A stretch of 64,000 nucleotides of DNA. Origin: a virus. Position 1 is the stretch's first letter; the number at the start of each line of letters is the position of its first letter. The DNA is taken from IMG/VR virus record IMGVR_UViG_3300025102_000018, positions 1 to 64,000 of that record; one strand, written 5' to 3'. The notes beneath the pieces are model-generated. The model made no database searches. It worked only from the letters and a program-made list of their open reading frames with translations, and was not told where the DNA came from. The translations under genes and the position numbers were made by a program. Shown here piece after piece: positions 39,035 through 48,388 of this stretch.

Positions 39035-40411
39035 ATGTCAGATATATTAAGTAAAAACCCTCAATTAGAAGATGTTTTAAGAAAAGCTGTTGAGAGAGTG
39101 GGCACTCAAAACCATGCAAAAACACAAGATAACCAAGGTGCAGTCATTAGTAACGAAGGTAAAATAATGAACTATGCAGACTCCAAAGGTCAACATCCAC
39201 ACAGAATTGCCCAAAAAAGTGAAAAAGCTGGATTTAAAAGTGGGTGGCATAAAGTTCTTGGTGAACAAGAAAACAAAAATGATAAAACAGCTATAGATTT
39301 AGAAGTTGAAAGACAAAAAGAGATAAAAAAAATAAAAACAGAAGTTAACGGTCACCCTAAGTCAGCGGTTAAAAGAATGATAGATGCCGTTAACAAGAAA
39401 TATAAAAAACTAATAGACGCTGCAAAACAAAAAGAAAATTCTGACAATAAAGAAGAAGAAGTAGAGGAAGCTACAGGAAGTGGGAGTTCTGGTGCGTTTG
39501 TTGCACCAATGCAATGGAATGAAAGTGAAGTTGAATCCATAATGAAAAAAGTGGTTAAAGAAGAGGTAGCTAAAAACGTAATAAAGAACAAAGTAGAAAA
39601 AATAGTAGATGAAGAACTTGGAGAAACCGACTTATCGTACTCCAAACGACATATAGAAGGGGAAAAAGACCCATATAATTTTAGTTCTCAAGGACCTTTC
39701 CCTAATGTAGGTGAAGGAAGTGGATATAACTACGAATCAGGAGGGCCCTTACAATTTAACGAAAATGTTAAAGAAAAACTAAAAAATAGATTAGTAAACA
39801 AACTTAAAGAACAATATACAGAAAAACCCCTAAAGACACAGACAGGGTTTAAGGATGTTTCTGGATTTAAAAGTAATACAGCAGTTAAAACTTTTGATAC
39901 TGCTCATAAAGAGGCTGGGAAAGAAGGTGCCGACTTTGTAAAATCGGTAAATAAAAAAATGAAAGACTATTTAGATATTGAAAATAATAGTCATCCGGAG
40001 TTCCCACACCAAAATAATTCTAAAACAGATTATAAATCACCAATGTATAGAAACACACCTGAAGAAGAAGACTTTATTGATGACTTTAGGGGTATGGGAC
40101 TACAAGATGCTAATGGTGTTGAAAGTCTAGATAGGATTAGTGACTACTTAGGTGGAGCTATGGAAACTGGTAACGCTCAAGTAGATAAAGATGGTAAAGC
40201 CTTGGGTAATGTGGTACCAAATAAGTTAGGAGACCGATTACAAAAAACTATGAAACGTAAAAAAGCTGCAATTGCAAAACAAAAATCCAGTATGACTAAT
40301 CTTAGAGGGTATACCCCGGATGTACAAAAAGTCACCCAGGTTAAAGAAGATGTGAAAAAAGATGTGGACAATATGAAAAAACTATGGTCCTATACTGAAA
40401 AAACACAATGA
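39035..40411 (+). CDS. Probable internal head/scaffold-like protein
   Basis: Highly charged; EEATGSGSSGAFVAPM; repeated (L/V)KE motifs; ATATTTAT at 39011. Confidence 0.45.
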   Translation: MSDILSKNPQLEDVLRKAVERVGTQNHAKTQDNQGAVISNEGKIMNYADSKGQHPHRIAQKSEKAGFKSGWHKVLGEQENKNDKTAIDLEVERQKEIKKIKTEVNGHPKSAVKRMIDAVNKKYKKLIDAAKQKENSDNKEEEVEEATGSGSSGAFVAPMQWNESEVESIMKKVVKEEVAKNVIKNKVEKIVDEELGETDLSYSKRHIEGEKDPYNFSSQGPFPNVGEGSGYNYESGGPLQFNENVKEKLKNRLVNKLKEQYTEKPLKTQTGFKDVSGFKSNTAVKTFDTAHKEAGKEGADFVKSVNKKMKDYLDIENNSHPEFPHQNNSKTDYKSPMYRNTPEEEDFIDDFRGMGLQDANGVESLDRISDYLGGAMETGNAQVDKDGKALGNVVPNKLGDRLQKTMKRKKAAIAKQKSSMTNLRGYTPDVQKVTQVKEDVKKDVDNMKKLWSYTEKTQ

Positions 40412-40461
40412 TAAACTTGTAATTTCCTTTACGAATTCTTCTCCATTAATATATTTTTAAT

Positions 40462-40941
40462 ATGGGAAGGAAAAAATTTACACCAAATCAATTTTTAAAA
40501 TATGTTACTGAACAAGTAACAATGGAAGAAATGGACCTATGGTTAAGAGCACATAATATTAGTGCAGAAAAATCTGGTTTATTTTTTGATTTTATATGTT
40601 CCCTTTATTTACTTATACAAGACACTTTTTTAGGTGAAGATACTATTATTACCTTAGAAGATAAAAAAGGTCATTTTACATGGTGTTGGGAAAAAAATAT
40701 TGATAATTTTTATCAGGAAAATATCCATTTTAAAATGAAAGGTGAACACTATGAATATTTTTGGAATTTTTTTAGTGAGTCTTTTTATAAAGATAGTGAT
40801 AAAGAAAGTATAGAAAAAATGGATGTGTACCTAAATAGGTTATTTAAGTTGTTTATAAAAAAAACAAAAAATGAATTAGACGTATTAGCAGACATATATA
40901 AAATATTAGATAAATCACTTATAGTTGACTCTCAACCATAG
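40462..40941 (+). CDS. Hypothetical protein
   Basis: 159 aa ORF in the co-oriented block. Confidence 0.5.
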   Translation: MGRKKFTPNQFLKYVTEQVTMEEMDLWLRAHNISAEKSGLFFDFICSLYLLIQDTFLGEDTIITLEDKKGHFTWCWEKNIDNFYQENIHFKMKGEHYEYFWNFFSESFYKDSDKESIEKMDVYLNRLFKLFIKKTKNELDVLADIYKILDKSLIVDSQP

Positions 40942-40973
40942 TTTATCTATAATTAATAAAAACTAGTAAAGGT

Positions 40974-41198
40974 ATGATTAATAGATACATTGAAATATTC
41001 AAAAATAATGCGATTCTCACTAAACAAAAATTAGAATCAGAATTAGAAATGTTATTGAATGATAACACTATGGATATAGAAAAGAAAATAAAAAAAACAG
41101 AAAAAATAATTATAAAAATAAACGATATATCAAATGTATACACCACATTTGAATCGTACATAAACACAACTAAATTAGAAAAAAATGGAAATACTTGA
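40974..41198 (+). CDS. Hypothetical coiled-coil protein
   Basis: 74 aa ORF overlapping the next start. Confidence 0.45.
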   Translation: MINRYIEIFKNNAILTKQKLESELEMLLNDNTMDIEKKIKKTEKIIIKINDISNVYTTFESYINTTKLEKNGNT

Positions 41199-41358
41199 AA
41201 AAATTTCAGAAGCTGTAGACTCTTTAAAAATGGATACAAATAAATTCTACACTAACAAAAATAAAAGTGCAGGAGTAAGAGCTAGAAAAACAGCACAGGC
41301 TTTAAAATCTTTAATGCAAGATTTAAGAAAAGATATATTAGAAAAATCTAAAGACTAA
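41185..41358 (+). CDS. Histone H1-like protein, Hc1 family (absent from the ORF track)
   Basis: 57 aa MEILEKISEAVDSLKMDTNKFYTNKNKSAGVRARKTAQALKSLMQDLRKDILEKSKD; NKSAGxRARK signature. Confidence 0.75.
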   Translation: MEILEKISEAVDSLKMDTNKFYTNKNKSAGVRARKTAQALKSLMQDLRKDILEKSKD

Positions 41359-41362
41359 TAAA

Positions 41363-41542
41363 ATGGAAGGATGGGTATATAATTTAATTTTTATATTTTG
41401 TTCACTAACTATGGTACACTACACTTATAAAGTGTCGGTTGCTATTTTTGCGGCTAACATTAGACCATTCACCCTAAATAATTATGAAAAATTATTACTG
41501 GGTGTAAGTATGTCGTATTGGTTAACATTTTTAATATCATAA
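41363..41542 (+). CDS. Small two-TM membrane protein (absent from the ORF track)
   Basis: 59 aa MEGWVYNLIFIFCSLT...LLGVSMSYWLTFLIS filling the gap between genes. Confidence 0.55.
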   Translation: MEGWVYNLIFIFCSLTMVHYTYKVSVAIFAANIRPFTLNNYEKLLLGVSMSYWLTFLIS

Positions 41543-41545
41543 AAT

Positions 41546-41974
41546 ATGGGGTTATCACAAGAAATATCTAAATATGGTGAGTTTTTTCATAGTATTAGGA
41601 CTCATGAAGGTACTTTTATGTTAGACTTAAAACTACCCTCTCACTGGGAGGTAGTAAAACTCATACAGTCTCTAGGTAGTGAAGTACAAACTAAAGTAAA
41701 TGATAGTAATGAACAATTCCAGTTGATTACCTTTTATGGTGAAAAAAATGAAAATGGGATTATGATGGTAGAAAAAACAGTACAAGCTATGGTTAAATGG
41801 AATAAAGAAAATGAAGAAAAAAGAGATTTATTAGATACTAAAATGTTAGAGCTACAAAAAATATTTGAAGAAAACGAAGTATCTTCATTACGTTCATTAG
41901 CTTTTGATTTTTCCGATACAGATAAAGAACCGATTGAATCAACCGATAAAACTAATTTAAAGTTAGATGAGTAA
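41546..41974 (+). CDS. Hypothetical protein
   Basis: 142 aa ORF. Confidence 0.5.
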   Translation: MGLSQEISKYGEFFHSIRTHEGTFMLDLKLPSHWEVVKLIQSLGSEVQTKVNDSNEQFQLITFYGEKNENGIMMVEKTVQAMVKWNKENEEKRDLLDTKMLELQKIFEENEVSSLRSLAFDFSDTDKEPIESTDKTNLKLDE

Positions 41975-42170
41975 AAAAGGTGACTTAGAGAGGTGGTTTG
42001 AACGAGAGATAGGGAAAGATAAAAGAGAACTAGTCTCTCACAAAAAACAATTTATAAAAGAAATTCAAAAATTTTCACGAGAAGAATTATTGGACCAAAT
42101 TAAAACACCTAAAAAAATAAGTAAATGGCAGAAGATAAAAGACAAAATGAAGAGTTTCTTTCACAACTAG
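41967..42170 (+). CDS. Hypothetical protein
   Basis: 67 aa, overlaps neighbours. Confidence 0.45.
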   Translation: MSKKGDLERWFEREIGKDKRELVSHKKQFIKEIQKFSREELLDQIKTPKKISKWQKIKDKMKSFFHN

Positions 42171-42364
42171 CATCTATATCTCAATCCTTTAATTTTATAT
42201 CTAATAATATAAAAAATATAAGTATAGAGTTAGAGTTAGGTGAAGGGGTTTATTATAATTCTGTTAAAGAGGTCACTAACATCACAAAGGTAATCTCTTC
42301 TGACTTAGATTCTAGATATATAGTTTATATAGATAATATTAAATTTACCATTATTAAGAGTTAA
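42125..42364 (+). CDS. Hypothetical protein
   Basis: 79 aa. Confidence 0.4.
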   Translation: MAEDKRQNEEFLSQLASISQSFNFISNNIKNISIELELGEGVYYNSVKEVTNITKVISSDLDSRYIVYIDNIKFTIIKS

Positions 42365-42987
42365 TAGGTAAAATGTTTATATAACATTTTTTTATCGAAC
42401 CCCTTACCCACCAATACTTTATAGAGTTCTTTACGTTGAACGGTGCTTGTGTCAGGAACTAATAAACAATCACTTCTTCCATATTGATATAAATGTTTTT
42501 TAATACAATCTAAAAATCTATGACTATCATCAGTAGTTTTAAGAGAAAATAAAAAATATTTATCGTTTTCTTGTACTACTAATTTATTGTTAAGTGTGAA
42601 AATATGTTTTATGTTTTTACTTTTAGTGTAAGTGGCAATAAAAGATTTAAAAAAAATACGTTTTTTAGTTTGATGGTCATAAATTTTTTCTTCCATCCAA
42701 TAGTCACTGAATTCGTGCAAAAAATAAGGAGAATAGTTTAAAACAACCTCAACATTTCTACCTAATTCATCTTTTTTATAAATTTTTGATTTACTCTCTA
42801 CGGTACTTATCACACCTAACTCGAAAGAGGTCTTTTTTCTTTTTGTGTAATTAACAGGGAATATAGGCTTTTTTTCTTTGAGAAATTTATTAAACTTAGA
42901 ATAAATGTTTCTTTTTACGTTAGACGTAGCCAGAACTTTTTTAACATTATTATGCTGAATTAAAACTATTTTATATTTTTTTACCAT
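42361..42987 (-). CDS. Basic hypothetical protein
   Basis: 208 aa Lys-rich ORF; the only long ORF in this interval. Confidence 0.55.
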   Translation of the reverse strand: MVKKYKIVLIQHNNVKKVLATSNVKRNIYSKFNKFLKEKKPIFPVNYTKRKKTSFELGVISTVESKSKIYKKDELGRNVEVVLNYSPYFLHEFSDYWMEEKIYDHQTKKRIFFKSFIATYTKSKNIKHIFTLNNKLVVQENDKYFLFSLKTTDDSHRFLDCIKKHLYQYGRSDCLLVPDTSTVQRKELYKVLVGKGFDKKMLYKHFTY

Positions 42988-44007
42988 ATGAAAGATTATT
43001 ACAAAATATTAGGTATTAACACTACCGCAAGTCAAGAAGAAATAAAAAAAACTTATCGTAAACTTTCTAAAACCCATCACCCTGATATGGGTGGGAATGA
43101 AAATAAGTTCAAAGAAATATCTGAAGCTTATGATACTCTGGGAAACGAATCAAAACGTAGAGAATATGATGATAAAAAAACTAATCCTTTTAATCAATTT
43201 GGTGGGGGTGGCCCAGGTATGGATGATATCTTTAATAGTTTTTTTAATCAAACACAACAACAACAAAGACCTACTCCTAGACACGGTAAAGATTTAAATC
43301 TAAAAATACATGTAACCTTAGAAGACATATATTTCTCCAAAGAAAAAAAGATAAAATACAGTAGAAAAAAAAGATGTTTTAGTTGTAATGGTACTGGAGG
43401 AGAATGGAATTTGTGTGGTAAATGTAATGGACAAGGTAGGATACAAATGATGACAGGGAATAATTTTTTTAGAAATATACAATCCGTAACCTGTCCTTCT
43501 TGTAATGGTAAAGGTAAAACTCCTAAAAATTTATGTGGGACTTGTGTAGGTCATGGACTTAGAGCGGAGGAACAAATTTTTAAATTTAAACTACCACCAG
43601 ATATTAAACCAGGACAAAGAATGAGTTATCCTGGATATGGGGACGAATCACCCCAAGGTAATCAAGGAAACCTTTTTGTAGAGATAAGGTTAAGTCACAA
43701 CCAAACGTTTGAATTAGAGGGTAAAGATATAATTTATACAGCTAATATTAGTCCACTAGACATGTTATTAGGTACTGAAATTATTATACCCCATTTTGAT
43801 GGGTCAGTAAAAATAGATATTCCCTCATTAGGAGATTCAGATAAGGTTTATCAGTTAAGAGGTAAAGGAATGAAAGAAATGGGTGAGTGGCCTGGTAACC
43901 TATTAGTTAAGTTAAAAATTGTAAACCCTAAAAATATAACCGAGGAACAGATTGAAGTTTTACATAAATTACAACAAGAGGGTAATTTTAAAAAAGTGAA
44001 AGAATAA
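42988..44007 (+). CDS. dnaJ: Chaperone DnaJ
   Basis: J-domain KDYYKILG...HPD; four CxxCxGxG repeats; C-terminal domain. Confidence 0.93.
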   Translation: MKDYYKILGINTTASQEEIKKTYRKLSKTHHPDMGGNENKFKEISEAYDTLGNESKRREYDDKKTNPFNQFGGGGPGMDDIFNSFFNQTQQQQRPTPRHGKDLNLKIHVTLEDIYFSKEKKIKYSRKKRCFSCNGTGGEWNLCGKCNGQGRIQMMTGNNFFRNIQSVTCPSCNGKGKTPKNLCGTCVGHGLRAEEQIFKFKLPPDIKPGQRMSYPGYGDESPQGNQGNLFVEIRLSHNQTFELEGKDIIYTANISPLDMLLGTEIIIPHFDGSVKIDIPSLGDSDKVYQLRGKGMKEMGEWPGNLLVKLKIVNPKNITEEQIEVLHKLQQEGNFKKVKE

Positions 44008-44155
44008 AATCCTTCACCATATAAAATAATTTTTCTAGTCCCATAACCCATGGGATTAGAATAAAAATCACCCCCAGAGTAACAAAAATTATTTTACTAT
44101 TATCACTAGTATTATTCATAACACTTTTTTTGTTTTTACAATTTTTACATCCCAT
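43988..44155 (-). CDS. Small membrane protein with N-terminal CxxC (absent from the ORF track)
   Basis: 55 aa MGCKNCKNKK...IIFVTLGVIFILIPWVMGL. Confidence 0.45.
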   Translation of the reverse strand: MGCKNCKNKKSVMNNTSDNSKIIFVTLGVIFILIPWVMGLEKLFYMVKDFILSLF

Positions 44156-44242
44156 GTTAAAAATATAGTAAAAAAAAATACAATATAAACTGGCTATTTA
44201 ATTTTTTTTTCGTATAATTGTAGTGTAATTAAAAAAAATAAA

Positions 44243-44455
44243 ATGGGATATAATATTATAAAAAAAATGAAAGATAAGACTGGGAAAACCGTTCATATCT
44301 TAATGACAGATGGATTAAGTCAGATACTAGAACTTAAAAGTGAAAAAAAGGCAAAAAAAATGATAAAAGTCTTTAATGAAAACTCTGATAGTGGTTGGGT
44401 GTATGAATTAAGACACTCACCTTGTCCTAACGAAACTGATTATCCTTTAGAATAA
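44243..44455 (+). CDS. Hypothetical protein
   Basis: 70 aa with A-rich leader. Confidence 0.5.
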   Translation: MGYNIIKKMKDKTGKTVHILMTDGLSQILELKSEKKAKKMIKVFNENSDSGWVYELRHSPCPNETDYPLE

Positions 44456-44465
44456 AATAAATAAT

Positions 44466-44996
44466 ATGGAAAAATTACAATATAAAATAAAAAATGGCCC
44501 TAGAGTAGAATCTAGTAACCAATTCATCATGAGAGACGGGACAATAGTAGCTATTTTCCAGGGGTTTAGAGGTGAAAACCCTGACCTGGATTTTATAGTA
44601 AAATATAAAGAACCTGATAAGAGATTAAGAACTCCTTCACATACTCATTGGATTGTAGACCTAATTGTTAAAGGTGAAGTACACCCCTTAGAAACACTGG
44701 ATTTAGTTAAAGACCTAATTCAAATCTACGATAACGTTAATCCATTTGAAACCAAAAAAGAGAGAGATACTTATGAATTAACGTATTCTCTAGATTTAAT
44801 AGAAAAATATTCTGGTTTAAATAATACCGGCTCTCTATCTATAGAACTTATAGGTACTCTGGTAGAATTGTTTTCTAAGTGTGAAAAACAAACTAGTGGG
44901 GCATTTATGTTTAAAAGTATGTTGACTCTAACACAAGACTATTTTGAAGGTAAAAAAGACTACTACCAAGTAATAGGGACATCAAAAAGAGTATAA
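44466..44996 (+). CDS. Hypothetical protein
   Basis: 176 aa; RLRTPSHTHWIVDL motif. Confidence 0.55.
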   Translation: MEKLQYKIKNGPRVESSNQFIMRDGTIVAIFQGFRGENPDLDFIVKYKEPDKRLRTPSHTHWIVDLIVKGEVHPLETLDLVKDLIQIYDNVNPFETKKERDTYELTYSLDLIEKYSGLNNTGSLSIELIGTLVELFSKCEKQTSGAFMFKSMLTLTQDYFEGKKDYYQVIGTSKRV

Positions 44997-44997
44997 A

Positions 44998-45114
44998 ATG
45001 GCAGAATTAGTAGGACAAATATTAGGTATTATGTGGGTGGTGATGTGTGTTTCTAGTGCGTTGTATTTCTTTATAAAATATCTTATATTAAAATATAAAG
45101 ACCCTAAAATATGA
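44998..45114 (+). CDS. Small single-TM protein (absent from the ORF track)
   Basis: 38 aa MAELVGQILGIMWVVMCVSSALYFFIKYLILKYKDPKI; stop overlaps the next start (ATGA). Confidence 0.4.
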   Translation: MAELVGQILGIMWVVMCVSSALYFFIKYLILKYKDPKI

Positions 45115-46277
45115 ATGAACAATTAAACTTATTTAACACGGAAGAAGAATTTAACTTTGAGGAGATGAAACAAAAACTCATCGATAATCTTGATATGCTT
45201 AAAGAGATGACAGTCCAAGAACAAACTCTTTATAAAAAATGGCAAGAAATGAATAAAGGTGGGAAAATGAGTAAAATAAAAAAGAAACTCCTATCCTACC
45301 AAAAAAATCTATGGAAACCCACGGATATTTATAATGTAGAAGAAACTATACAGGAAATAGAAGACCTAGAACCCTATGTGGAAATAGCTACACAGGGTAA
45401 AGGAGTTACGGAGTGGGTAAACTATCGTAAACTTATTCATACAATGGAATGGGTTGCAAATCCGGGTAGAAATATGAAATTCTGGGTTAGGGATAGAAAA
45501 ACCCAAAAAGTTCTTGGTTTAATCTGTTTGGGTTCTGATGTAACAAGTATTAAAGCCAGAGACGCTTATATAGGTTGGGATAAAACCAATAAATTCGACC
45601 AACACAAATTAAATAATACAGCGATAGCTACTACTATCTGTTCCACACAACCAGGTGGTTATAATATGTTAATGGGTAAGTTAGTAGCGGCATTAACTAC
45701 TTGTAAAACAATTAGGGATGCTTGGGAAGAAAAATATGGTGATAAGTTAATCGCTGTAGGTACTACTTCATTATATGGGATAAATTCTATGTATAATGGA
45801 ATGCCACATTTTAAGACCATGGGTGAGACTACTGGACAAGTAAGATTAAAACCAGATGATAAAGTTTATTTACCTTGGAATACTTGGTTAAAAAAGAATC
45901 ACCCTGAAGAACATCATAAAGCAATAAACGCTACAGGACCTAAACAAAATATACTTAATAAAGTTTTTAAACATTGTGGTATAAAAGCTTCCACTTATGA
46001 CCATGGATTTAAAAGAGGTGTTTATTTAGCTATGATGTATGATAATGGAAATGAGTTTCTAAGAGGAGAAGTGGAAGAAAGTAACTTAAAAATGAAACAA
46101 AAATTTATAGATGACGTAGAATATACTTGTCGATGGTGGAAACCAAAAGCGATTCGTAGGTATAAAAATCTTACCACCCAACAACGAATCAAGAAAGAAC
46201 AGTTATTTTATTGGGATGTAATAGACATGTCTTGGCAGTCAACTAAAGAAAATTATATTGGGGAGGTAGGGAGATAA
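45111..46277 (+). CDS. DruA/DUF4338-like protein
   Basis: PGRNMKFWVRD, LGLICLGSDV, RDAYIGW, GYNMLMGKLVA, TTSLYG..SMYN. Confidence 0.7.
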   Translation: MNEQLNLFNTEEEFNFEEMKQKLIDNLDMLKEMTVQEQTLYKKWQEMNKGGKMSKIKKKLLSYQKNLWKPTDIYNVEETIQEIEDLEPYVEIATQGKGVTEWVNYRKLIHTMEWVANPGRNMKFWVRDRKTQKVLGLICLGSDVTSIKARDAYIGWDKTNKFDQHKLNNTAIATTICSTQPGGYNMLMGKLVAALTTCKTIRDAWEEKYGDKLIAVGTTSLYGINSMYNGMPHFKTMGETTGQVRLKPDDKVYLPWNTWLKKNHPEEHHKAINATGPKQNILNKVFKHCGIKASTYDHGFKRGVYLAMMYDNGNEFLRGEVEESNLKMKQKFIDDVEYTCRWWKPKAIRRYKNLTTQQRIKKEQLFYWDVIDMSWQSTKENYIGEVGR

Positions 46278-46289
46278 AAAATATAAAGA

Positions 46290-46499
46290 ATGAAAAAAGA
46301 TAAATTAATACACACACAACATCTAAGTAATAGTGTTGTGGAAGTGTACATGACAAGAGATAAGGAGAAAGTGTACCAAATAAAATGCTTAACCAATAAT
46401 AGATGTAGAAAATATATTTTTGATGTCAATGGGTATATTGACCACAAAAAAATTGGGTACGAAAAAGTAAAACAAGAACTAGAAAATTTGGTAAACTAA
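46290..46499 (+). CDS. Hypothetical protein
   Basis: 69 aa. Confidence 0.45.
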   Translation: MKKDKLIHTQHLSNSVVEVYMTRDKEKVYQIKCLTNNRCRKYIFDVNGYIDHKKIGYEKVKQELENLVN

Positions 46500-46510
46500 T
46501 ATAAATTTCT

Positions 46511-46518
46511 TATCTTTG
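46511..46518 (+). promoter_or_regulatory. Bacteroidota-type -7 promoter box TATCTTTG
   Basis: Matches TAnnTTTG with an upstream TTTG near 46487; 4 nt before ATG 46523. Confidence 0.6.
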
Positions 46519-46522
46519 TAGT

Positions 46523-46744
46523 ATGGAAACACAAGACAATATAGATATAAAAGAATTCAAAAGATGGATTACAAATAACATATATCTTATTTTAAACAGT
46601 AGGCAAACAATATTGTTTAAAGAAATGAAAATGTCTTTTGAAGATATTAAATTATTTGGAAAAGAGAGTAATGTGAGAGGATATTACAAACTACACCAAA
46701 ACAGGTTTCGAAAGAACCAACTTAACTGGATAACAAATTATTAA
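46523..46744 (+). CDS. Hypothetical protein
   Basis: 73 aa. Confidence 0.45.
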   Translation: METQDNIDIKEFKRWITNNIYLILNSRQTILFKEMKMSFEDIKLFGKESNVRGYYKLHQNRFRKNQLNWITNY

Positions 46745-46765
46745 TCTTAAAAAAAATAGTAAAAA

Positions 46766-47050
46766 ATGGGTGCAAGCACAACAATGGAAAAAAGAGGTCA
46801 TCATATCTGTAAAATGGTGAACTATGAAGTAAGACAAAAAATTACAAAAGAGACATCAAAAAGAATTGGCGGTAAACTAGTTAAAACCCCAGGAAACAGT
46901 GAGGTGATGATTTATAAAAGAAAAAGTAAGATTGAGGGTGGGATGACTGATATAAAATTAGCAGCTCAAAAAGTTTATAATATCCTTAAAAAAGAAGGAA
47001 AAAATCAACTAGTAGATAAAAAATTAATTAGAAGATATAGTTTGGTTTAA
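46766..47050 (+). CDS. Basic hypothetical protein
   Basis: 94 aa, followed by a terminator. Confidence 0.5.
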   Translation: MGASTTMEKRGHHICKMVNYEVRQKITKETSKRIGGKLVKTPGNSEVMIYKRKSKIEGGMTDIKLAAQKVYNILKKEGKNQLVDKKLIRRYSLV

Positions 47051-47054
47051 CTTT

Positions 47055-47080
47055 AACCCCGATTAGTCGGGGTTTTATTT
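47055..47080 (+). terminator. Intrinsic terminator
   Basis: AACCCCGA-TTAG-TCGGGGTT followed by TTATTT. Confidence 0.8.
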
Positions 47081-47109
47081 TATCTTTAGAATATTTATAA
47101 ACAAAAGAA

Positions 47110-48369
47110 ATGGCACTACAGTTTACTGACATATTAACTAACATCATTTTAGAACAATCTAGAGAAGAGGTTCTACTAAAGAAATTTACCCAACCTAAAA
47201 AGAAGGGTAAAAAACCTTTAATGTCTAAAGACGAGTTTTATATGTTAGTTAAAGCAGACCCTACTACTAGGGTTGATAGTGATGGTGAAGACGATGAGTC
47301 GGAAGTAAAAAAGGTAGGGGCATATGCACAATGGTTAATTAAACAATATATGTCACTACAACAAGAGGCAGACAAACACTATGCCTACGGTAGTCCAGAT
47401 TGGGATGGTAAGTTAGCACAACTTAAAGATACATTCCAAGAAGACTTGTATAAAGTAACCGAAGACCTACAAAAATTTCATAGATTTAAGTCTAGAGTAT
47501 CAAAGGATAAAAGAGACATTAATAAAATATCTAGTCCAGATGAATTATATGATTTAACAAAAGGTTTTTCATTAGAACAAGCGACTACTACTAAAGCCGA
47601 AAGAGTTTTAAAGGATGCGGAATTAGTTTATGATGGGACTAATTGGGAGGTTTTAATTCCTAAATCTAAAGAAGCTTCATGTCATTATGGTTCAGGTACT
47701 AGATGGTGTACAGCTGGTAGTACTTCTAATTACTATGACCATTATTCTAAACAAGGACCTTTGTATATTATGGTTAGTAAGAAAGACCCTAGTGACAAAT
47801 ACCAGTTCCATTTTGAATCTAATCAGTATATGGATAAAGAGGATAGACAAGTAAATTTACCTACATTCTTAAATGAGAGACCAGAACTTAAAGAATTCTT
47901 TAAAGAAATGTTTAAAAGATTTTTAAGTAAAGACCAAAAACAAGGTAAAAGAGTACAAGTAAGATATCCTAGTGATTCTGTGTCAAAATATATTGGGATT
48001 TACGGTTTTGATGAATTTATGGAAAGTTTACCCCAAGACCTAGAAAGGTTTGATTTTGAACATGGGGGTGGATATGGAAACCAGGAAAAATTACCATCAA
48101 GACCTTTACCAGAAAGATTCACTAAATTTCCTAATTTAAAAATATTACACATAGAAGGATTACTAAATGAGATTCCTGAAAGTATTGGTAATCTTAAGAA
48201 TCTTAAATTTTTATCTTTAGCTAAAAATCCTGAATTAAAATCACTTCCAGACTCATTAGCAGACCTGGAACAGTTAGAAGTTATTAATTTAAAAGATTCA
48301 CCTAACGTTAAGGTTGGTCCTAGATTACAAGAAAAAGATGATTCCGAAGATTTGATTATTATTAGATAA
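47110..48369 (+). CDS. Phage protein with GTRWCTA domain and C-terminal leucine-rich repeats
   Basis: ASCHYGSGTRWCTA...GPLYI...KYQFHFES; LRRs IPESIGNLKNLKFLSL, LPDSLADLEQLEVINL; ATATTTAT at 47091. Confidence 0.7.
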   Translation: MALQFTDILTNIILEQSREEVLLKKFTQPKKKGKKPLMSKDEFYMLVKADPTTRVDSDGEDDESEVKKVGAYAQWLIKQYMSLQQEADKHYAYGSPDWDGKLAQLKDTFQEDLYKVTEDLQKFHRFKSRVSKDKRDINKISSPDELYDLTKGFSLEQATTTKAERVLKDAELVYDGTNWEVLIPKSKEASCHYGSGTRWCTAGSTSNYYDHYSKQGPLYIMVSKKDPSDKYQFHFESNQYMDKEDRQVNLPTFLNERPELKEFFKEMFKRFLSKDQKQGKRVQVRYPSDSVSKYIGIYGFDEFMESLPQDLERFDFEHGGGYGNQEKLPSRPLPERFTKFPNLKILHIEGLLNEIPESIGNLKNLKFLSLAKNPELKSLPDSLADLEQLEVINLKDSPNVKVGPRLQEKDDSEDLIIIR

Positions 48370-48388
48370 TTTTTTGTATATTTGTTAT

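Noticed and set aside
45111-46277. Druantia defence system
   Set aside because: Only a DruA-like gene is present; no DruE or other partners in the window
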